From positions 496,001 through 560,000 of the forward strand of contig NIVC01000103.1 in NCBI GenBank assembly GCA_002269645.1: a stretch of 64,000 nt of DNA, written 5' to 3'. Positions 1-10,818 of the stretch are shown in pieces; within the stretch, counting starts at the first letter, position 1, and the number at the start of each line of letters is the position of its first letter. Made by a program: the position numbers and the translations under genes. Under the pieces are notes generated by a model. It worked only from the letters and a program-made list of their open reading frames with translations. It ran no database searches and was not told where the DNA came from. The DNA is from Macrostomum lignano. Lineage: Eukaryota.

Positions 1-183
1 ACAAAGTATGTATCGTGTACAAAGTATGTATCGTGTACAAAGTATGTATCGTGTACAAAGTATGTATCGTGTACAAAGTATGTATCGTGTACAAAGTATG
101 TATCGTGTACAAAGTATGTATCGTGTACAAAGTATGTATCGTGTACAAAGTATGTATCGTGTACAAAGTATGTATCGTGTACT
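1..183. repeat. 18-bp tandem repeat (ACAAAGTATGTATCGTGT), ~10 copies, truncated by the window edge
   Basis: Exact 18-bp periodicity; explains the MYRVQS and YKVCIV ORFs. Confidence 0.97.
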
Positions 184-1424
184 GTATGTTTATCTGTCGA
201 ATGTAGATAGTAGAGTAGAAAATTGTAAAAAGAAAAGTATTAAGTATTGAAGTTTCTAAAGCTCTAAATTGACCCTATTGAGACGATCTACTCTCACTCT
301 CATACAGCATCAAATACTAGCAACTACCAACCAATACGAGCGTACCAAGTTTATCCATTAGGTGTTTTGAAAAGCGTAAACAAAAATTCTGACAGACGTT
401 CATTTACAACACTTTTTGTAAAAAAAACAAAAAACTGGTCCCTGGATTTAGGACCCCAAACACCCAATTCCCGCTTGTCGCTGATGTCAAAAAATTAGAT
501 CAGCCACAGTTGCAGTCAAACAGTCAAATGCAGGAGGTACCGTTCGTTTCCTGTAACCCTTTCCTCGTGACGCGGAGGGGGCCTAGACAAGTTGCTAGGG
601 CTTGGTTTAGGACAATGAACCATATAAAATTCGAATTCCCACTAAACTTTACTGCTTTTATATCTGTGATGAATGCCTCCAACTACCCTCGGTACATTTC
701 CATGGACACCTGGAAGCCCCTATACCTGGACTAAAATTGCATGTATTACTGGTTTAAGGGCCGAATTATTAGAGTCGCATTGTAGAATACTTGTAGATGT
801 AGACGTCAACCATCAAAAAGGCTCACCGCTGCATGGCGCGCACTGAAGCCACCTCGATTTACTTTTCGCTTGCCCATGCACTCTGTCGGCGACTTGACAG
901 CTGCTTGTGTCGTCAGTTAGTTGGATTTAAGGCGAAACAAACCGAAAAGAAAACTCATTTTATACGCGCATCGCATTGAAACTGAGAATTAAGTCTTACT
1001 GTGTGTACAGCAGGCAGGGGAGCAATGTACGCGGTCACCGCAGTACAAGTGTCTAAATATAGTTCCACTTGCCCGGTGTGCGCCAGACGAATTTCCAGTA
1101 AATTTTTCGTCTAAGAACAGGATGCCAAACAAAAAAAAGACACCATTTCAAATTTCACATTAGTTCAATCATTATCAAAGTTCGCCTGGCCAATCTGCGT
1201 CAGTCAAAATATAGTTAGCCATAGTTCTGATATTATCGAGCATTACGAGATAAGCCTTATAGCTGATAGGCTCAGAAGTGCTACTGCACTCAACTGACTG
1301 ACTCAAGGCTCAAGCCCGTTCCATAAACTTGTTCTGGATTGTTCCATGGCTGCACTATTTTGGCATAACAGGATAGCAGTCAAGTACGAGTAGCACACGC
1401 ACTTTTAAAAATCAAATTCGACCG

Positions 1425-2315
1425 CAAGTCCATGGACACCTGAAAGCCCCCAAATCTGAACTAGAATTATTAGGGCCACAACTCCATGGATACCTGAAAG
1501 GCTTTCAATCTGGACTGGAATTATTAGGGCCACAAGTCCATGGACACCTGAAAAGCACCCAGTCTGGACTGGAATTATTAGGGTCACAAGTCCATGGACA
1601 CCTGAAGGCCCCCTTTGTCTGGACTGGAATTATTAGGGTCACAAGTCCAGACACCTGAAGGCCCCCTTTGTCTGGACTGGAATTATTAGGGTCACAAGTC
1701 CAGACACCTGAAGGCCCCCTTTGTCTGGACTGGAATTATTAGGGTCACAAGTCCAGACACCTGAAGGCCCCCTTTGTCTGGACTGGAATTATTAGGGTCA
1801 CAAGTCCAGACACCTGAAGGCCCCCTTTGTCTGGACTGGAATTATCAGGGTCACAAGTCCAGACACCTGAAGGCCCCCTTTGTCTGGACTGGAATTATCA
1901 GGGTCACAAGTCCAGACACCTGAAGGCCCCCTTTGTCTGGACTGGAATTATTAGGGTCACAAGTCCATGGACACCTGAAGGCCGCCTTTGTCTGGACTGG
2001 AATTATTAGGGTCACAAGTCCAGACACCTGAAGGCCCCCTTTGTCTGGACTGGAATTATTAGGGTCACAAGTCCAGACACCTGAAGGCCCCCTTTGTCTG
2101 GACTGGAATTATTAGGGTCACAAGTCCAGACACCTGAAGGCCCCCTTTGTCTGGACTGGAATTATTAGGGTCACAAGTCCAGACACCTGAAGGCCCCCTT
2201 TGTCTGGACTGGAATTATTAGGGTCACAAGTCCAGACACCTGAAGGCCCCCTTTGTCTGGACTGGAATTATCAGGGTCACAAGTCCATAGACAACTGAAA
2301 AGTCCCAACTTTGTC
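1425..2315. repeat. 53-bp minisatellite, ~16-17 copies, with an internal 10-bp inverted repeat
   Basis: Unit GGGTCACAAGTCCAGACACCTGAAGGCCCCCTTTGTCTGGACTGGAATTATTA; AGTCCAGACA and TGTCTGGACT are reverse complements; end units are degenerate. Confidence 0.97.
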
Positions 2316-3104
2316 AGAAACTAAAAAGCAAAAATAGCAAATTTACTTATAAAATGTTAGGAAATAAACTGTGGAGTATCCAGCTAGGACAATAGACACG
2401 CTGGATACCGCATTATATTTGTGTATTTCTGAAAATCAAATTCAACCAAAGCAGAAGCAAAGAAAAATATTTAGTTTGCTAATAATGTTGTGCCGCAATT
2501 AGAATACGCTGGGCTTGTTAATGTTTTTGTGTTTTGCACCAAATGTCAGCAGGTAAAAGCCGCCGGATCGTAAATGACCAAACGGAAATAAAAATCAAAG
2601 GATCCAAAGATAGGGGAAGTTGCAGTCGCATTTTTTAGTTGAGTTTCCGTTCACTTTTTAGCGAGCAAAGGAGGCATGTGGCGCTTTCAATTTCAGATAA
2701 AAATAAAAGTTTGAGCAAGAGTAGCGCGCTGGATATTTACTAGTGTAGAACTGAAACTTTGTACTACTTTGTTAATGAATAACAGCAGTAGTCTAATAAG
2801 CGCAGTAAGCTAATAATTTGTTGGATTATACTAGAAAAATATTGCCCCGAATACATTTAAATAAAAATAAAGCAAATGGTTAATAAACTTCAAAGTTCCG
2901 CTGTCTTGGGGTGGTGTAGCTTTTTTGCACTTTTGAGATCACTTGTCGTCAGCTTTGCAATTCTATCGTGTTTATTCATGCTGAAAGGTAATGTTAGATT
3001 GGAAGGATGTGCAGAGAATGGGCGGTTAAGATCGCCAGGGTTTATTAATATAAAGAAGCTTGCTAAGAAGGGTTTAGTGCGAGATTACGAACATATTTTC
3101 CAGG

Positions 3105-4035
3105 TTGGCAGGGGTAGGAAGCGAACGAGAGTACATTCAGGGGGGGAGGGTACATTCGGAGGGGTTGAGGCTGGCCAGGGTAGGAAGGGAACGGGTGTAC
3201 ATTCGGAGGGGTTGAGGCTGGCCAGGGTAGGAAGGGAACGGGTGTACATTCGAAGGGGTTGAGGCTGGCCAGGGTAGGAAGGGAACGGGTGTACATTCGG
3301 AGGGGTTGAGGCTGGCCAGGGTAGGAAAGGAACGGGTGTACATTCGGAGGGGTTGAGGCTGGCCAGGGTAGGAAGGGAACGGGTGTACATTCGGAGGGGT
3401 TGAGGCTGGCCAGGGTAGGAAGGGAACGGGTGTACATTCGGAGGGTTTGAGGCTGGCCAGGGTAGGAAAGGAACGGGTGTACATTCGGAGGGGTTGAGGC
3501 TGGCCAGGGTAGGAAGGGAACGGGTGTACATTCGGAGGGGTTGAGGCTGGCCAGGGTAGGAAAGGAACGGGTGTACATTCGGAGGGGTTGAGGCTGGCCA
3601 GGGTAGGAAGGGAACGGGTGTACATTCGGAGGGGTTGAGGCTGGCCAGGGTAGGAAGGGAACGGGTGTACATTCGGAGGGGTTGAGGCTGGCCAGGGTAG
3701 GAAGGGAACGGGTGTACATTCGGAGGGGTTGAGGCTGGCCAGGGTAGGAAGGGAACGGGTGTACATTCGGAGGGGTTGAGGCTGGCCAGGGTAGGAAGGG
3801 AACGGGTGTACATTCGGAGGGGTTGAGGCTGGCCAGGGAAGGAAGGGAACGGGTGTACATTCGGAGAGGTTGAGGCTGGCCAGGGTAGGAAAGGAACGGG
3901 TGTACATTCGGAGGGGTTGAGGCTGGCCAGGGTAGGAAAGGAACGGGTGTACATTCGGAGGGGTTGAGGCTGGCCAGGGTAGGAAGGGAACGGGTGTACA
4001 TTCGGAGGGGTTGAGACTTGCTAGGGTAGGAAGAG
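3105..4035. repeat. 47-bp G-rich minisatellite, ~20 copies
   Basis: Unit GGGTAGGAAGGGAACGGGTGTACATTCGGAGGGGTTGAGGCTGGCCA; explains the overlapping minus-strand repeat ORFs. Confidence 0.97.
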
Positions 4036-4796
4036 AACAACTTTTAAGCATGTAGTTAATACGAGATAAAATCTAGAGTAATCGATAAAAACTTTTTAAA
4101 GTCGAAGCCTTAAAACACAGGAGCACAACGACGCTAAAGAAAAAATTGAAGCTCAGAGAAAAAAAGCAATTAGCAATCAACAAAAACAAAACATAGCCGA
4201 CAAGGTTTTACGTTGGCAAGCCGTTGTGGATCGGAAAACAAACGGCCAAAGGAATGAGGCCGTGGATAAAAGTACATTTTTTTCAATTATACAACACGAA
4301 ACTTCAAACTAAAACGGCAGCACAAAAGCCAGCAAATATAGGTAGTTTAAAAAGACGGAAAAAAAGTTGAGTAAAATGAATCCAGGGAGGGTGACATGGC
4401 GGAGGGCGCATGAGTGAGCTATAAGCAAATTAGACTCTGGCTGTCTATTAAGCAACTAAATAACAATTAGGTATAATATGATAAATAATTCGCACATACG
4501 GATACATGCGAGTATTTAATAGTACATTGCAAGAAAAGATAATCTTCTGTCGCAAGCAAGACGCGTACCAGTAGGGAAGGGAAAAATGAGGTTGGGTTTG
4601 AATTATCACATGTATTAAATCTGCTGTAAGTTTGCTTAACATCCCGATTTTTATCAAGAACCAGTAAATATTATTAGCCCTGCAATGCTGTATTGCCACC
4701 ACTCTACTTACAGTAGCAACACCAGTAGTTAAATATAGCAATTCAATTGCTAATCCAAATATTACTAATGAAGTTTTTACCTTTCTCAGTTTCGAC

Positions 4797-4802
4797 TTTA
4801 TT
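4797..4802 (-). terminator. Candidate poly(A) signal of the AGC kinase gene
   Basis: AATAAA on the minus strand ~70 nt after the stop codon. Confidence 0.45.
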
Positions 4803-4873
4803 ATTTTACTGCTAGTAGTGAGAAAGCAAATTTGATAAATGTTTGAATCCCAACAACAGCAACGACCAACTAG

Positions 4874-5481
4874 TCACCTGGCCGGATCTTCGGCATCGTC
4901 CAGACTCAAACCGACAGTCAGCGGCAGCAGTAGCAGCTCTGGTGACACCCAGTCAAAGCCTTCAATAGGCTCAGCGCCGCCGCCAACAGCGCCGGTTTTT
5001 CCCTCGCCGGACCCGGACGTCTCGTCGTTGTCCTCGCCGGCCGCCGTCGCCGGCTGCTTGCCGCGAAGCTTGTCATCATCGGCGTGGAAGCGAAACTGCG
5101 AATCGGCGCGGCTCTTCCGGCGGCCCCGGCCGACAGTGGAATCGGCGGCCTCGGCTGTCGTCGCGTCGACATCCGGCTGCTGCTGCCCGGCGTCAATACC
5201 GGCGGCGTCGACAACAATGCCGCCGAGGCCGACGCCGCGACGACACTTTCTGCCGTAGCGCGGCTGGTAAGGCGGCTGCAGGCCGCCGCTGGCCACGACG
5301 CTCCAGTCGAGTTTGTTGAGAAATCGACGCGTTTTGAGCTCGGTTGCGGTCGGCCGCTGGTCCGGGTTGGCTTTGAGCATGTTGGAGATGAGGCTCTTGC
5401 AAGCGTAGGACATTTTAGCAATGCAGGACAGGTGATAGCGGCCTTTCATTATGTTGCTCTGCTTCTCGTCCTCGTTGTTGC
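4874..5481 (-). CDS. AGC-family Ser/Thr kinase, exon 4 (C-lobe end and AGC C-terminal tail)
   Basis: Acceptor ttcccgcag|GC, phase 1; LISNMLKANPDQRPTA...FLNKLDW...LQPPYQP; hydrophobic-motif-like IEGFDWVSP; TGA at 4874-4876. Confidence 0.88.
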
Positions 5482-5579
5482 CTGCGGGAACATTATGAAT
5501 AGCAGATTTACTAGAAGGAACTTGTGAAGTTTAGGCATGCTTTTGGGTTAAAACTGCGGGAATTAGAAATGGCTGATAG

Positions 5580-6068
5580 CGGACATTGGGGACTGGAGTG
5601 ACAGCAGACACTGGGGACTGGAGTGACAGGCACAGCAGACACTGGGGACTGGAGTGACAGGCACAGCAGACACTGGGGACTGGAGTGACAGGCACAGCAG
5701 ACACTGGGGACTGGAGTGACAGGCACAGCAGACACTGGGGACTGGAGTGACAGCAGACATTGGGGACTGGAGTGACAGCAGACACTGGGGACTGGAGTGA
5801 CAGCACACATTGGGGACTGGAGTGACAGCAGACACTGGGGACTGGAGTGACAGCAGACACTGGGGACTGGAGTGACAGGCACAGCAGACACTGGGGACTG
5901 GAGTGACAGCACACATTGGGGACTGGAGTAACAGCAGACACTGGGGACTGGAGTGACAGCAGACATTGGGGACTGGAGTGACAGCACACATTGGGGACTG
6001 GAGCGACAGCAGACACTGGGGACTGGAGCGACAGCAGACACTGGGGACTGGAGTGACAGCAGACATTG
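5580..6068. repeat. 25/31-bp intronic minisatellite (kinase intron 3)
   Basis: Unit CAGCAGACACTGGGGACTGGAGTGA, optionally plus CAGGCA; ~18-19 copies. Confidence 0.95.
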
Positions 6069-6098
6069 AGAAATAGGGCGACAGGGAGAGCTGCTCAC

Positions 6099-6259
6099 CA
6101 ATGATGGGTTCCTCCCCGGTGACCAGAAACGCGAGCAACACGCCCAGACTCCAGATGTCAGTCTTGGTTCCGTAGCGCTGGCGCCGGACCATCTCAGGCG
6201 ACATGTACGACAGGGTGCCGCAGTATGTACGCGCCCGGTCGTCTGGCCCGTTGAGCCTC
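6099..6259 (-). CDS. AGC kinase exon 3 (activation loop)
   Basis: ctgcag|G...G|gtgag; RRLNGPDDRARTYCGTLSYMSPE...DIWSLGV; 161 nt, phases 2 to 1 match the neighbours. Confidence 0.92.
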
Positions 6260-6559
6260 CTGCAGAGCGGTAATTGATACACCACTTGATTCTCTTATAG
6301 CGTGCGAAAATAGGTTGCAAGCTGACATCTAAATATAGAAATTTAAAAAACGTGCGAGTTTGCGGCTCAGATTCAAACCTGCTGAGGAAGAGTTAGAACT
6401 CAAAGAAACTGGTCCTGCGGTCCTAGGCTCGAATCCCAGTGTACACACTTAGAAGCTTACGTCCTTCCAATCAAATTGATGATTTAACTTTTGCTTAGAT
6501 GCCGAAAATTCGGATAAATGAGCGCCAAGATGCGTGTCAGATACTCTTGCCGACTTTAA

Positions 6560-6815
6560 GGGGGGGGGGCGCCAATTCATTTGAGGGGGCGCCAATTCAG
6601 TTGAGGGGGCGCCAATTCATTTGAGGGGGCGCCAATTCAGTTGAGGGGGCGCCAATTCAGTTGAGGGGGTGCCAATTTAGTTGAGGGGGGCGCCAATTCA
6701 GTTGAGAGGGCGCCAAATTCAGTTGAGAGGGCGCCAATTCAGTTGAGAGGGCGCCAATTCAGTTGAGGGGGGCGCCAATTCAGTTGAGAGGGCGCCAATT
6801 CAGTTGAGGGGCACC
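6560..6815. repeat. 20-21-bp intronic minisatellite (kinase intron 2)
   Basis: Unit GGGGGCGCCAATTCAGTTGA, ~12-13 copies. Confidence 0.95.
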
Positions 6816-6853
6816 TTTGGAAGGGGTGCGAGACTAAAATACAGCAAATTTAC

Positions 6854-7092
6854 CTGGCCAACCCGAGGTCGCACAGCATGACGTGACCGGCGCCAGTCAG
6901 AAGAATATTCTCGCCCTTCACGTCGCGATGAATAATACTGCGCTCGTGCATGAACTCCAGGCCGCAGGTGATCTCGGCTAGATAGAATCTGGCCTCCTGC
7001 TCGTTGAATAAGTGAACATCCTCGTGCAGTTCATATAGGTCGCCGCCTTCGCCCAGCTGCAGGATCAGATAGGCTCGCTGGCGCTGCGGCTC
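6854..7092 (-). CDS. AGC kinase exon 2 (catalytic loop); absent from the ORF track
   Basis: atcag|GAG...AG|gtaaat; EPQRQRAYLILQLGEGGDLYEL...ARFYLAEITCGLEFMHERSIIHRDVKGENILL...CDLGLA; 239 nt. Confidence 0.93.
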
Positions 7093-7149
7093 CTGATAGG
7101 GTCGTTAAATGTTAAATCTGCGCTGAACACATTCAACATTACTGTCAGT

Positions 7150-7620
7150 AGGGCAGCTGGGGAACCCTCTGTAGTTGGGAAACCCCTGTAGCTGGGAATC
7201 CCTCTGTAGCTGGTGAACCAATGTAGCAGGAAATTCCTCTAGCTGGGAGCCCCTCTGTACAGGGAATCCCTCTGTAGCTGGTGAACCAATGTAGCAGGAA
7301 ATTCCTCTAGCTGGGAGCCCCTCTGTACAGGGAATCCCTCTGTAGCTGGTGAACCAATGTAGCAGGAAATTCCTCTAGCTGGGAGCCCCTCTGTACTGGG
7401 AATCCCTCTGTAGCTGGTGACCAATGTAGCAGGAAATTCCTCTAGCTGGGAGCCCCTCTGTACTGGGAATCCCTCTGTAGCTGGGGAATTCCTTTCCTTT
7501 AGCTCGGAATCCCTCTAGCTGGGGAAACCCTCTGTAGTTGGGGAACCCCTCTGTAGCTGAGGCCCCCGCTGTAGCTGGGAACCCTCCGCAGCTGGGGAAG
7601 GAACCCCTCTGTTGCTGGGA
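7150..7620. repeat. Intronic repeat: 68-bp higher-order unit built from ~22-bp CCTCTGTAGCTGGG-like subunits (kinase intron 1)
   Basis: AGGGAATCCC recurs at 7261 and 7329; about four 68-mers flanked by loose subunits. Confidence 0.9.
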
Positions 7621-7634
7621 ATGCATGTAGGGAG

Positions 7635-7708
7635 GCCGTAGCCCAGTGCTCTAGCACGGCGCTCTGATGTGCCAGCGGCCCAGGCTCGATTCCAAGTGCA
7701 GTCACATT
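7635..7708 (+). mobile_element. tRNA-derived SINE head (Pol III A/B box)
   Basis: TAGCCCAGTG (A-like) and GGCTCGATTCC (B-like); a closely similar inverted copy lies at 59522-59597; no proper cloverleaf. Confidence 0.7.
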
Positions 7709-7995
7709 AAGTTCGGGCTGAACTGGAATATTGACTTAAATCTGCAATTAACGGCCTTGATGCACTACAAGAGGCAGAGCCAACACCCGAGGCACAGTGA
7801 AGTGTACAAGCCTAACGATAAATAAAGTTAGGGCCGCTTTACACTCCTGTGTGAGTGTGTGCCTGCTCAGGGGAGTCAGGTGGAATGGGCAGCAATGCCT
7901 CTCGCCGGTTGTGCGACACTGTCGCTTAAAGTGCGCCAGGGTCCCTGCCTCTAATAAAAATAATAAAAGCTAGTTTTTCAGCTGTTAAAACTCAC

Positions 7996-8337
7996 CTGGA
8001 ATGTGCACATCAGGTTAACAATAAATGGCGACTCGGAGCATAGTATGAGCAGGTCCCTCTCCCGCATCAGGTACTCATTGTGACAGCCGGTGTTCATGCG
8101 GACCTCCTTCATAGCGAACTCCCTAGTCTGCTGCTCGCCATTCACAGGTGCCCGCCTGCAGACGTACACTCGAGCATATTTGCCCAGGCCGAGTCGGCGT
8201 ATTTTTTCAAAGTCTCGCTGATGCAATAGGACTGGCTGTTGCTGCTGGGGCGCCGAAGCGCTATCCAGCTGGTCGAGTTGGTTAGGAGCGGCAGGCATTG
8301 TGGCGGGCACTGGTTCAGCTGACTGCGGCGGTCGCAT
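7996..8337 (-). CDS. AGC kinase exon 1 (N-lobe)
   Basis: ATG at 8337; RDFEKIRRLGLGKYARVY, FAMKE, RERDLL, ESPFIVNLMCTFQ|gtgag. An acceptor (tcctaacag) lies 3 nt before the ATG, so an upstream exon is possible. Confidence 0.9.
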
Positions 8338-8689
8338 GGACTGTTAGGAAATATATTTAATAAAATTAATTATGGCTTTAACTATAGAAAAAAGCTTGTT
8401 TTTGAAGCTTTTCTCCATTATATTGCAATAGTCTTAGTTTGAACATTGAATAGCTTTGCTATTTAAAAATAGTTTGTCAGTGGTAAATCATTAGAGTGGA
8501 AAACCAAAAAAATATCATCCATTGCATCATTGATTCAAGAAAATTCTAATATAATAGGCTTTTCAGAGAAATTAGACTCCATTAATAAATATGCAAAAAT
8601 AGATATTACAATATATTATATGAATTAAACACCTTAAGATGGTCTAAAAGCCATCTCCATATTATGGTTGGGATTGTTGAACACTAAAG

Positions 8690-9603
8690 AGCCACCATGT
8701 CAAACATAAAAGTGCCACCATGTCGAACATATACGTGACTCCATGTCAAACATTAAAGAGCCACCATGTCAAACATTAAAGAGCCACCATGTCAAACATT
8801 AAAGAGACACCATGTCAAACATTAAAGAGCCACCATGTCAAACATAAGAGAGCCACCATGTCAAACATTAAAGAGACACCATGTCAAACATTAAAGAGAC
8901 ACCATGTCAAACATTAAAGAGCCACCATGTCAAACATTAAAGAGCCACCATGTCAAACATTAAAGAGACACCATGTCAAACATTAAAGAGCCACCATGTC
9001 AAACATAAGAGAGCCACCATGTCAAACATAAAAGTGCCACCATGTCGAACATATACGTGACTCCATGTCAAACATTAAAGAGCCACCATGTCAAACATTA
9101 AAGAGACACCATGTCAAACATTAAAGAGCCACCATGTCAAACATAAGAGAGCCACCATGTCAAACATAAAAGTGCCACCATGTCGAACATTAAAGAGCCA
9201 CCGTGTCAAACATTGAAGAGCCACCATGTCGAACTCTAAAGAGCTACCATGTCAAACATAAAGGAGCCACCATGTCAAACATATACGTGACTCCATGTCA
9301 AACATTAAAGAGCCACCATGTCGAACATTAAAGAGCCACCATGTCAAACATAACAGAGCCACCATGTCAAACATAAAAAAGCCACCATTTCGAACATTAA
9401 AGAGCCATCATATCAAACATCTACGTGACTCCATGTCGAACATTAAAGAGTCACCATGTCAAACATAAAAAAGCCACCATGTCAAACATATACGTGACTC
9501 CATGTCAATCATAAAAGAGCCACCATGTCGAACATAAAAGAGCCACCATGTAAATCATAAAAGAGCCACCATTTCAAACATAAAAGAGCCATCATGTGAA
9601 ACA
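8690..9603. repeat. 23-bp minisatellite, ~40 copies, most containing GCCACCATG
   Basis: Unit GAGCCACCATGTCAAACATTAAA, with recurring variant ACATATACGTGACTCCATG. Confidence 0.96.
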
Positions 9604-9639
9604 TATTATTGGGTAGTAGGGGTTAGCCTAACATTAATA

Positions 9640-10110
9640 GTTAAGTAGTTAAGATAAATGAGTTTACTTTCAAAGGGGAGCTCTTAAGTCCATGCATGGA
9701 TTTGGGGACTTAGCAACAGAGTTTTGATACCATTAACATGCTGTGGTTGGGTGGTTAGGGGCTAATGTAAAGAGATGAAAATGCTTTTACTTTCAATTCA
9801 ATAGAGCTCTTAAGTCCCTGGGGTTGTGGACTAGGATGGGGTAGGATGTTGGGAGCTAAATTTAAGATGAATGTTTTCACTTTCAATGTGGGGGAGCTCT
9901 TAAGTCCTTAGAATTGGGAGCTCAAGCAACAAAGACAAAAATGTTTAACACTACACATACATTGAGGTTGGAATAAGGGGGTTAAAGTTAAGATAGTTTT
10001 CAATTTTAATACAAAGGGAGCTCTTAAGTCCCTGAGGTCAGGGACTCAAACAACATTTTTGACACCATATGCACATTGTGATTGGGATAGTGAAGCTTAA
10101 GTTAAGATGA
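9640..10110. repeat. Old degenerate ~90-126-bp repeat with an invariant 14-mer
   Basis: GAGCTCTTAAGTCC at 9678, 9804, 9894 and 10018; shared TTAAGAT and ACTTTCAA remnants. Confidence 0.75.
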
Positions 10111-10261
10111 ATAAAGCCAAAGGAAAGCCACCCAGCATCTGCCATTATCAAAGAAGGCTAAATTGCAAAGGAAGCTTCTTGGAAACTAATTGATGAGTAG
10201 ACCATTGCCCTTGCAGATTTTAGTAAGAATTAGAAATTGTGTTACTTTAGTTACTTAAACA

Positions 10262-10460
10262 ATATAAGAAAAGGAGCAAGAAAAGAAGGGAAAGAAGAGA
10301 AAAAGGAGAGGAAAGAGGGAGAAAGTTGTAAGAAAAGGAAAAGAAAATAGAAAGAGAAAGAAAAGAGAAGGGAAAGGGGAAGAAAGAGGTGAGGAAGAAA
10401 AGAAAAAAAGGCAGAGAAAAAGAGGGGGAAGAAAGAAGAAAGAGGGCACTGAAGAGAGGA
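10262..10460. repeat. Polypurine (A/G) low-complexity tract
   Basis: Almost pure A/G for ~200 nt. Confidence 0.9.
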
Positions 10461-10625
10461 TGTTTATCCTTGGCCTTGCCTATGCAGTCCTTACTGCTTA
10501 AGCAGCAGCACTTCATATAGTAGTTCAAGGCAGAAGCCCTATAACTAGATTATTTGGCCAACCAGTCAAAGTTGTTGCCTATACAATAGGTTACAAGGCT
10601 ATATCAGGTACATCCTTATATAGAG

Positions 10626-10818
10626 CAGCAGTTCTCAACCCCTTTTTCAGGTGACCCTAATTTCTTCACTTGCATCATTTTTTATGTTTGCAACTTCTTA
10701 ATAATCAATATTTCTATATTTCTATGTATCAATATTACATATTTCTTAGTGCTGCAACCCCCAGAAAATGGTCATGCAACCCCATTGGGGATTGCAATCT
10801 ACAGGTTAAGAACCACTG
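10626..10818. mobile_element. hAT (Charlie-like) MITE
   Basis: Ends CAGCAGTTCTCAACC and GGTTAAGAACCACTG match the CAGTGGTTCTCAACC-type TIR; internal GCAACCCC...GGGATTGC; the 8-bp TSD is not intact. Confidence 0.75.

Noticed and set aside
1425-2315. CRISPR-like palindromic repeats
   Set aside because: Units are contiguous with no unique spacers, there are no cas genes, and the context is eukaryotic
3063-4051. Long ORFs across the 47-bp array
   Set aside because: A non-triplet period read through in all frames is an artefact of a strand without stops
5511-6098. Cys-rich ORFs (VTPVPSVCC) contiguous with kinase exon 3
   Set aside because: They lie beyond a GTGAG donor; the kinase continues in exon 4
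7635-7708. Functional tRNA gene (also 59481-59597 and 62520-62590)
   Set aside because: Acceptor stem does not pair and the anticodon loop is abnormal; treated as SINE-derived
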